Assembly: GCF_009914755.1 (NCBI RefSeq)
Contig: NC_060948.1
Reading direction: 5' to 3' (one strand)
Source of the DNA: the human T2T-CHM13v2.0 reference genome, Homo sapiens
DNA: 64,000 nucleotides
Shown here: positions 49,401 through 61,400 of the stretch, piece after piece
Layout: each line of letters starts with the position of its first letter
Position numbering within the stretch: the first letter of the stretch is position 1
The notes under the pieces: generated by a model
Database searches by the model: none
The model's input: the letters and a program-made list of their open reading frames with translations, nothing else
Told to the model about the DNA's origin: nothing
Program-made: the position numbers and the translations under genes

Positions 49401-52400
49401 AATGCTACGGTCTCGAATGGAATAAAAATGTATGGAATGGAATGCAATGAAACGGAATCGAATGTCATAGAATGTAATGGAATGCAAAAAAATGGAATCC
49501 AAAATCATTGACTGGAAAGGCTGGGTGTCGAAAGGAATTGACTCCAATGGAATGGAATCAAATGGAATGGAAGTGAATAGAATCGAACTAAATCGAATGG
49601 AATGGAATTGATAGGAACGGAATGGAAAGGAATGCAATGATTTGGCATGGAATGGAATCGAATGGCATCGAATGGAATGGAATGGAATGCAATGGAATGG
49701 AATGTATTAGAATGTAATGAACTTTAATGGAATGTACTCGAATGGATTCGACTGGAATGGAATGTTCTGGAAGTGAATGGACTCCAATGGAATGGATTCA
49801 AAAGGAATGGAATCGTACGGAATGGAATCTAATGGAATGGAATTAAATGGAAATGAATCAAATTGAATAGCACGGAATTGAATTGAATGGAATCGAATGC
49901 AATGGAATCTAATGAAACGGAAAGGAAAGGAATGGAATGGAATGGAATGGGCTGGAATGGAAAGGAATCGAAACGAATGGAATGGAATCGAACTGAAGAG
50001 ACTGGAATGGAATGCACTGGAATGGAAGGGAGTGTAATGGAAGGTTCTCGAAAAAAATGGAATCGAATGGAATGGAATTGAATGGAACGGAATAGAGTCG
50101 AATGGAATTGAATGGAATGGAATGGACTAGAGTGAAATGGAATCGAACCACAAGGAATGGACAGGAATAGAATGGTCTCGAATTGAATGGAATCGTATGG
50201 AATGGCATCAAACGGAATGGAATGGACAGCCACGGAATGGAATGCACTCGAATGCAATGGAGTCGAAACTAATGGACTGGAATAGAATGGACTCGACTGG
50301 TACGGACTCCAATGGAATGGAATCGAATGGAAGGGAATCGAACGGAAGGGAATCGAACGGAATGGACTCGAAGGGAAAAGACTGCAATGGAAAGGTCTCG
50401 AATGGAATGGAAATTAATGGAATGGAATGGAATCGAATGAAATGGAGTCAAAAGGAATGGAATCGAATGGCAAGAAATCGAATGTAATGGAATCGGAAGG
50501 AATTGATGTGAACGTAACGGAATGGAATGGAATCCAAAGGAATGGAATAGAATGGAATGGAATCGAATGGAAAGGACTCGAATGGAAATCACTCGAATAG
50601 AATGCAATTTAATAAAATAGGATCAAATGTAATGGAATGGAATGGAAAGGAATCGAAACGAAAGGAATGGAGACAGATGGAATGGAATGGAACAGAGAGC
50701 AATGGTATAGAATGGAATGGAATCATCTGGAATGGAATTGAATGGAATGGAATAATATGAAATGGAATGGAATGGAATGGAATGTCCTTGAATTAAATGG
50801 ACTGGAATGGAATGGACTCGAACAGAGTGGAATGGAAAGTGTTGAAATAGAATGGAATGGACTCGTTTGGAATGGTGTAGTATGCAATGCAATCGACTGG
50901 CAGGGAATCAAAAGGAATGTAATCGAATGGATTGGACTGGAATGCAATGGACTCGAATAGATTGGAAACGGAATGCAAAGGAATGGAATGGAATAGTATG
51001 GAATGGAATGGAAAGGAATGGAGTGGAATAGACTAGAGTGGAATGGAATGGACTCGAAAGCAATGGACTGGAATGGAACTTTCTTGAATGGACTGGAATC
51101 AAACGGAATGGAATGCAATGCAATCAAATGGCATGGAATAAAATAGAATGAAAGAGAATCAAACGGAATTGAATCGAATGGAATCGAATGGATTGGAAAG
51201 GAATAGAATGGAATGGAATGGAATTGACTCAAATGGAATGGACTAGAATGGAATGGATTCGAATGGAAGGCAAAGGAATGGAATCTATTGGAATGGACTG
51301 TAATGGAATGGAATGGAAGGGATTGGAATGGACTCGAATGGAATGGACTGCAATAGAAAGGATTCGAATGGAATGAAAAAGAATTGAATGGAATAGAACA
51401 GAATGGAATCAAACCTCATGAAATAGAATGGAATAGAAAGGAATGGAATGAAATCGAATGGAAAGGATTCGAATGGAATGCAATCGAATGGAATGCAATC
51501 GAATGGAATGGAATCGAACGGAATGGAATAAAATGGAAGAAAACTGGCAAGAAATGGAATCGAAATGAATGGAGTGTTAAGGAACGGACTCAAAAGGAAT
51601 TGAATGTAATAGAATGGAGTGGAGTAGACTCGAATATAATGGACTGGAATGGAATGAAATCACATGGAATGGGAACGAATGGAATGGAATGGAAAGGAAT
51701 GGAATCGAATGGAAAGGAATCGAATGGAAGGGAATGAAATTGAATCAACAGGAATGGAAGGGAATAGAATAGACGGTAATGGAATGGAATCGAATAGAAT
51801 GGACCCGAATGCTCAAATTGAATGGACTCGAATGGAATGGAAATGAAAGGAATGTCATCGAATGCAATTCAATCGATTGGAATGAAATCGCATAGGATGG
51901 AGTGGAATCAAATGGAATTGAATCGAAAGGAAAAGAAGCGAATTGACTGAAATGAAATGGAATGGAATTGAATGGAAAGTAATGCAACGGAATAGAATGG
52001 AATGAAATTTCACGGAATGGAATCAAACTGAATGGAATCAAATCAATGGAATATAATCAAATGGAATGGAAAGGAATTGAATGGAGTAGATTGTATTGGA
52101 TGGGATTGGAATGAAATGTACTGGAAAGGACTCGAATTTCATGAAACGGAATGGAATGTATTAGAACGGAATGGACTCGAATGGAATTGAATGTCACGGA
52201 ATGGCATCAAATGGAATGGCATCAATTGGAATGGAATCGAATGCAATGGAATGCTATGGAATGGAATGGAATGCATTGGAATGGAATGTCCTCTAATGGA
52301 ATGGATTCGAGTGGAATGGAATCGAATATAATGGAGTCTAATGAAATGGAATTGAAAGGAATGGGATCCAATACAATGGAATATACTGGAATGTAATGTA

Positions 52401-55400
52401 ATGAACTCGAATGTAATTGACTGGAATGGAATGTACATGAGTGGAATGTAATCGAATGGAAAGTAATCCAATGGAATAGAATCTAATGCAATAAAATCGA
52501 CTCAAATAGAGTAGAATGTAATGGAATGGAGTGCAGTGCAATGGAATGGAATGGAATGGGATGGAATGGTATGGAATGGATAGTAACGGACTGGAGTGAA
52601 ATGGACTGGAAAATAATGGACTCAAATTGAAAGGGCTCGAAAGGAATGGAGTCAAATGGAATGGTCTGGAATGGAATGAACACGAATGTAATGCAATCCA
52701 ATAGAATGGAATCGAATGGCATGGAATATAAAGAAATGGAATCGAAGAGAATGGAAACAAATGGAATGGAATTGAATGGAATGGAATTGAATGGAATGGG
52801 AACGAATGGAGTGAAATTGTATGCAGTAGAAGAGAATAGAATGGAATGCAAGCGAAAGGAAAGGAATGGATTGGAATGGAATGGAATTCATTGGAATGGA
52901 AGGGAATGTAGTGTAATGGACAGGCCTGGAATAAAGTGGAATGCTACGGTCTCGAATGGAATAAAAATGTATGGAATGGAATGCAATGAAACGGAATCGA
53001 ATGTCATAGAAGTAATGGAATGCAAAAAAATGGACTCCAAAATCATTGACTGGAAAGGCTGGGTGTCGAAAGGAATTTACTCCAATGGAATGGAATCGAA
53101 TGGAATGGAAGTGAATAGAATCGAACTAAATCGAATAGAATGGAATTGATAGGAACGGAATGGAAAGGAATGCAATGATTTCGCATGGAATGGAATCGAA
53201 TGGCATCGAATGGAATGGAATGGAATGCAATGGAATGGAATGTATTAAAATGTAATGAACTTTAATGGAATGTACTCGAATGGATTCGACTGGAATGGAA
53301 TGTTCTCGAAGTGAATGGACTCCAATGGAATGGATTCGAAAGGAATGGAATCTAATGGAATGGAATTAAATGGAAATGAATCAAATTGAATAGAACGGAA
53401 TTGAATTGAATGGAATCGAATGCAATGGAATCTAATGAAACGGAAAGGAAAGGAATGGAATGGAATGGAATGGAATGGGCTGGAATGGAATGGAATCGAA
53501 ACGAATGGAATGGAATCGAACTGAAGAGACTGGAATGGAATACACTGGAATGGAAGGGAATGTAATGGAAGGTTCTCGAAAAAATGTAATTGAAAGGAAT
53601 GGAATTGAGTGGAACGGAATAGAGTCGAATGGAATTCAATGGAATGGAATGGACTAGAGTGAAATGGAATCGAACCACAAGGAATGGACAGGAATAGAAT
53701 GGTCTCGAATTGAATGGAATCGTATGGAATGGCATCAAACGGAATGGAATGGACAGCCACGGAATGGAATGCACTCGAATGCAATGGAGTCGAAACTAAT
53801 GGACTGGAATAGAATGGACTCGACTGGTACGGACTCCAATGGAATGGAATCGAATGGAAGGGAATCGAACGGAATGGACTCGAAGGGAAAAGACTGCAAT
53901 GGAAAGGTCTCGAATGGAATGGAAATTAATGGAATGGAATGGAATCGAATGAAATGGAGTCAAAAGGAATGGAATCGAATGGCAAGAAATCGGATGTAAT
54001 GGAATCGCAAGGAATTGATGTGAACGGAACGGAATGGAATGGAATCCAAAGGAATGGAATAGAATGGAATGGAATCGAATGGAAAGGACTCGAATGGAAA
54101 TCACTCGAATAGAATGCAATTTAATAAAATAGGATCAAATGTAATGGAATGGAATGGAAAGGAATCGAAACGAAAGGAATGGAGACAGATGGAATGGAAT
54201 GGAACAGAGAGCAATGGTATAGAATGGAATGGAATCATCTGGAATGGAATTGAATGGAATGGAATAACATGAAATGGACTGGAATGGAATGGAATGCCCT
54301 TGAATTAAATGGACTGGAATGGAATGGACTCGAACAGAGTGGAATGGAAAGTGTTGAAATAGAATGGAATGGACTCGTTTGGAATGGTCTAGTATGCAAT
54401 GCAATCGACTGGCAGGGAATCAAAAGGAATGTAATCGAATGGATTGGACTGGAATGCAATGGACTCGAATAGATTGGAAACGGAATGCAAAGGAATGGAA
54501 TGGAATAGTATGGAATGGAATGGAAAGGAATGGAGTGGAATAGACTAGAGTGGAATGGAATGGACTCGAAAGCAATGGACTGGAATGGAACTTTCTTGAA
54601 TGGACTGGAATCAAACGGAATGGAATGTAATGCAATCAAATGGCATGGAATAAAATAGAATGAAAGAGAATCAAATGGAATTGAATCGAATGGAATCGAA
54701 TGGATTGGCAAGGAATAGAATGGAATGGAATGGAATTGACTCAAATGGAATGGACTAGAATGGAATGGATTCGAATGGAAGGCAAAGGAATGGAATCTAT
54801 TGGAATGGACTGTAATGGAATGGAATGGAAGGGATTGGAATGGACTCGAATGGAATGGACTGCAATAGAAAGGATTCGAATGGAATGAAAAAGAATTGAA
54901 TGGAATAGAACAGAATGGAATCAAATCGAATGAAATGGAATGGAATAGAAAGGAATGGAATGAAATGGAATGGAAAGGATTCGAATGGAATGCAATCGAA
55001 TGGACTGGAATCGAACGGAATGGAATAAAATGGAAGAAAACTGGCAAGAAATGGAATCGAAATGAATGGAGTGTTATGGAACGGACTCAAAAGGAATTGA
55101 ATGTAATAGAATGGAGTGGAGTGGACTCCAATATAATAGACTGGAATGGAATGAAATCACATGGAATGGGAACGAATGGAATGGAATGGAAAGGAATGGA
55201 ATCGAATGGAAAGGAATCGAATGGAAGGGAATGAAATTGAATCAACAGGAATGGAAAGGAGTAGAATAGACGGTAATGGAATGGGCTCGAATAGAATGGA
55301 CACGAATGCTCAAATTAAATGGACTCGAATGGAATGGAAACGAAAGGAATGTCATCGAATGGAATTGAATCGATTGGAATGAAATCACATAGAATGGAGT

Positions 55401-58400
55401 GGAATCAAATGGAATTGAATCGAAAGGAAAGGAAGCGAATGGACTGAAATGAAATGGAATGGAATTGAATGGAAATTAATGCAATGGAATAGAATGGAAA
55501 GAAATTTCACGGAATGGAATCAAACTGAATGGAATCAAATCAATGGAATATAATCAAATGGAATGGAAAGGAATTGAATGGAGTAGATTGGATTGGATGG
55601 GATTGGAATGAAATGTACTGGAAAGGACTCGAATTTCATGAAACGGAATGGAATGAATTAGAACGGAATGGACTCGAATGGAATGGAATATCACGGAATG
55701 GCATCAAATGGAATGGCATCAATTGGAATGGAATCGAATGCAATGGAATGCTATGGAATGGAATGGAATGCATTGGAATGGAATGTCCTCTAATGGAATG
55801 GATTCGAGTGGAATGGAATCGAATATAATGGAGTCTAATGAAATGGAATTGAAAGGAATGGGATCCAATACAATGGAATATACTGGAATGTAATGTAATG
55901 AACTCGAATGTAATTGACTGGAATGGAATGTACATGAATGGAATGTAATCGAATGGAAAGTAATCCAATGGAATAGAATCTAATGCAATAAAATCGACTC
56001 AAGTAGAGTAGAATATAATGGAATGGAGTGCAGTGCAATGGAATGGAATGGAATGGAATGCAATGGAATGGAATGGAATGGAATGGAATGGAATGTGATG
56101 GAATGGTATGGAATGGATAGTAATGGACTGGAGTGAAATGGACTGGAAAGGAATGGACTCAAATTGAAAGGGCTCGAAAGGAATGGAGTCAAATGGAATG
56201 GTCTGGAATGGAATGAACACGAATGTAATGCAATCCAATAGAATGGAATCGAATGGCATGGAATATAAAGAAATGGAATCGAAGAGAATGGAAACAAATG
56301 GAATGGAATTGAATGGAATGGAATTGAATGGAATGGGAACGAATGGAGTGAAATTGTATGCAGTAGAAGAGAATAGAATGGAATGCAAGCGAAAGGAAAG
56401 GAATGGATTGGAATGGAATGGAATTCATTGGAATGGAAGGGAATGTAGTGTAATGGACAGGCCTGGAATAAAGTGGAATGCTACGGTCTCGAATGGAATA
56501 AAAATGTATGGAATGGAATGCAATGAAACGGAATCGAATGTCATAGAATGTAATGGAATGCAAAAAAATGGAATCCAAAATCATTGACTGGAAAGGCTGG
56601 GTGTCGAAAGGAATTGACTCCAATGGAATGGAATCGAATGGCATGGAAGTGAATAGAATGGAACTAAATCGAATGGAATGGAATTGATAGGAACGGAATG
56701 GAAAGGAATGCAATGATTTGGCATGGAATGGAATCGAATGGCATCGAATGGAATGGAATGGAATGCAATGGAATGGAATGTATTAGAATGTAATGAACTT
56801 TAATGGAATGTACTCGAATGGATTCAACTGGAATGGAATGTTCTCGAAGTGAATGGACTCCAATGGAATGGATTCGAAAGGAATGGAATCTAATGGAATG
56901 GAATTAAATGGAAATGAATCAAATTGAATAGAACGGAATTGAATTGAATGGAATCGAATGCAATGGAATCTAAAGAAAAGGAAAGGAAAGGAATGGAATG
57001 GATTGGAATGGAATGGGCTGGAATGGAATGGAATCGAAACGAATGGAATGGAATCGAACTGAAGAGACTGGAATGGAATGCACTGGAATGGAAGGGAATG
57101 TAATGGAAGGTTCTCAAGAAAAATGGAATCGAAAGGAATGGAATTGAATGGAACGGAATAGAGTCGAATGGAATTCAATGGAATGGAATGGACTAGAGTG
57201 AAATGGAATCGAACCACAAGGAATGGACAGGAATAGAATGGTCTCGAATTGAATGGAATCGTATGGAATGGCATCAAACGGAATGGAATGGACAGCCACG
57301 GAATGGAATGCACTCGAATGCAATGGAGTCGACACTAACGGAGTGGAATAGAATGGACTCGACTGGTACGGACTCCAATGGAATGGAATCGAATGGAAGG
57401 GTATCGAACGGAATGGACTCGAAGGGAAAAGACTGCAATGGAAAGGTCTCGAATGGAATGGAAATTAATGGAATGGAATGGAATCGAATGAAATGGAGTC
57501 AAAAGGAATGGAATCGAATGGCAAGAAATCGAATGTAATGGAATCGCAAGGAATTGAAGTGAACGGAACGGAATGCAATGGAATCCAAAGGAATGGAATA
57601 GAATGGAATGGAATCGAATGGAAAGGACTCGAATGGAAATCACTCGAATAGAATGCAATTTAATAAAATAGGATCAAATGTAATGGAATGGAATGGAAAG
57701 GAATCGAAACGAAAGGAATGGAGACAGATGGAATGGAATGGAACAGAGAGCAATGGTATAGAATGGAATGGAATCATCTGGAATGGAATTGAATGGAATG
57801 GAATAACATGAAATGGACTGGAATGGAATGGAATGCCCTTGAATTAAATGGACTGGAATGGAATGGACTCGAACAGAGTGGAATGGAAAGTGTTGAAATA
57901 GAATGGAATGGACTCGTTTGGAATGGTCTAGTATGCAATGCAATCGACTGGCAGGGAATCAAAAGGAATGTAATCGAATGGATTGGACTGGAATGCAATG
58001 GACTCGAATAGATTGGAAACGGAAAGCAAAGGAATGGAATGGAATAGTATGGAATGGAATGGAAAGGAATGGAGTGGAATAGACTAGAGTGGAATGGAAT
58101 GGACTGGAAAGCAATGGACTGGAATGGAACTTTCTTGAATGGACTGGAATCAAACGGAATGGAATGCAATGCAATCAAATGGCATGGAATAAAATAGAAT
58201 GAAAGAGAATCAAATGGAATTGAATCGAATGGAATCGAATGGATTGGAAAGGAATAGAATGGAATGGAACGGAATTGACTCAAATGGAATGGACTAGAAT
58301 GGAATGGATTCGAATGGAAGGCAAACGAATGGAATCTATTGGAATGGACTGTAATGGAATGGAATGGAAGGGATTGGAATGGACTCGAATGGAATGGACT

Positions 58401-61400
58401 GCAATAGAAAGGATTCGAATGGAATGAAAAAGAATTGAATGAAATAGAAGAGAATGGAAACAAATCGAATGAAATGGAATGGAAGAGAAAGGAATGGAAT
58501 GAAATGGAATGGAAAGGATTCGAATGGAATGCAATCGAATGGAATGGAATCGAACGGAATGGAATAAAATGGAAGAAAACTGGCAAGAAATGGAATCGAA
58601 ATGAATGGAGTGTTATGGAACGGACTCAAAAGGAATTGAATGTAATAGAATGGAGTGGAGTGGACTCGAATATAATGGACTGGAATGGAATGAAATCACA
58701 TGGAATGGGAACGAATGGAATGGAATGTAAAGGAATGGAATCGAATGGAAAGGAATCGAATGGAAGGGAATGAAATTGAATCAACAGGAATGGAAGGGAG
58801 TAGAATAGACGGTAATGGAATGGACTCGAATAGAATGGACACGAATGCTCAAATTGAATGGACTCGAATGGAATGGAAACGAAAGGAATGTCATCGAATG
58901 GAATTGAATCGATTGGAATGAAATCGCATAGAATGGAGTGGAATCAAAAGGAATTGAATCGAAAGGAAAGGAAGCGAATGGACTGAAATGAAATGGAATG
59001 GAATTGAATGGAAAGTAATGCAATGGAATAGAATGGAACGAAATTTCACGGAATGGAATCAAACTGAATGGAATCAAATCAATGGAATATAATCAAATGG
59101 AATGGAAAGGAATTGAACGGAGTAGATTGGATTGGATGGGATTGGAATGAAATGTACTGGAAAGGACTCGAAATTCATGAAACGGAATGGAATGAACTGG
59201 AACGGAATGGAATCGAATGGAATGGAATGTCATGTAATGGCATCAAATGGAATGGAATCGAATGCGATGGAATGCTATGGAATGGAATGGAATGCATAGG
59301 AATGGAATGTCCTCTAATGGAATGTATTCGAGTGGAATGGAATCGAATATAATGGAGTCTAATGAAATGGAATTGAAAGGAATGGGACCGAATACAATGG
59401 AATAAACTGGAATGTAATGTAATGAACTCGAATGTAATTGACTGGAATGGAATGTACATGAATGGAATGTAATCGAATGGAAAGCAATCCAATGGAATAG
59501 AATCTAATGCAATAAAATCGACTCAAATAGAGTAGAATGTAATGGAATGGAGTGCAGTGCAATGGAATGGAATGGAATGCAACGGAATGGAATGGAATGG
59601 AATGGAATGGGATGGAATGGTATGGAATGGATAGTAATGGACTGGAGTGAAATGGACTGGAAAAGAATGGACTCAAATTGAAAGGGCTCGAAAGGAATGG
59701 AGTCAAATGGAATGGTCTGGAATGGAATGAACACGAATGTAATGCAATCCAATAGAATGGAATCGAATGGCATAGAATATAAAGAAATGGAATCGAAGAG
59801 AATGGAAACAAATGGAATGGAATTGAATGGAATGGAATTGAATGGAATGGGAACGAATGGAGTGAAATTGTATGCAGTAGAAGAGAATAGAATGGAATGC
59901 AAGCGAAAGGAAAGGAATGGATTGGAATGGAATGGAATTCATTGGAATGGAAGGGAATGTAGTGTAATGGACAGGCCTGGAATAAAGTGGAATGCTACGG
60001 TCTCGAATGGAATAAAAATGTATGGAATGGAATGCAATGAAATGGAATCGAATGTCATAGAATGTAATGGAATGCAAAAAAATGGACTCCAAAATCATTG
60101 ACTGGAAAGGCTGGGTGTCGAAAGGAATTGACTCCAATGGAATGGAATCGAATGGCATGGAAGTGAATAGAATGGAACTAAATCGAATGGAATGGAATTG
60201 ATAGGAACGGAATGGAAAGGAATGCAATGATTTGGCATGGAATGGAATCGAATGGCATCGAATGGAATGGAATGGAATGCAATGGAATGGAATGTATTAG
60301 AATGTAATGAACTTTAATGGAATGTACTCGAATGGATTCGACTGGAATGGAATGTTCTCGAAGTGAATGGACTCCAATGGAATGGATTCGAAAGGAATGG
60401 AATCTAATGGAATGGAATTAAATGGAAATGAATCAAATTGAATAGAACGGAATTGAATTGAATGGAATCGAATGCAATGGAATCTAATGAAAAGGAAAGG
60501 AAAGGAATGGAATGGATTGGAATGGAATGGGCTGGAATGGAATGGAATCGAAACGAATGGAATGGAATCGAACTGAAGAGACTGGAATGGAATGCACTGG
60601 AATGGAAGGGAATGTAATGGAAGGTTCTCAAGAAAAATGGAATCGAAAGGAATGGAATTGAATGGAACGGAATAGAGTCGAATGGAATTCAATGGAATGG
60701 AATGGACTAGAGTGAAATGGAATCGAACCACAAGGAATGGACAGGAATAGAATGGTCTCGAATTGAATGGAATCGTATGGAATGGCATCAAACGGAATGG
60801 AATGGACAGCCACGGAATGGAATGCACTCGAATGCAATGGAGTCGACACTAACGGAGTGGAATAGAATGGACTCGACTGGTACGGACTCCAATGGAATGG
60901 AATCGAATGGAAGGGTATCGAACGGAATGGACTCGAAGGGAAAAGACTGCAATGGAAAGGTCTCGAATGGAATGGAAATTAATGGAATGGAATGGAATCG
61001 AATGAAATGGAGTCAAAAGGAATGGAATCGAATGGCAAGAAATCGAATGTAATGGAATCGCAAGGAATTGAAGTGAACGGAACGGAATGCAATGGAATCC
61101 AAAGGAATGGAATAGAATGGAATGGAATCGAATGGAAAGGACTCGAATGGAAATCACTCGAATAGAATGCAATTTAATAAAATAGGATCAAATGTAATGG
61201 AATGGAATGGAAAGGAATCGAAACGAAAGGAATGGAGACAGATGGAATGGAATGGAACAGAGAGCAATGGTATAGAATGGAATGGAATCATCTGGAATGG
61301 AATTGAATGGAATGGAATAACATGAAATGGACTGGAATGGAATGGAATGCCCTTGAATTAAATGGACTGGAATGGAATGGACTCGAACAGAGTGGAATGG

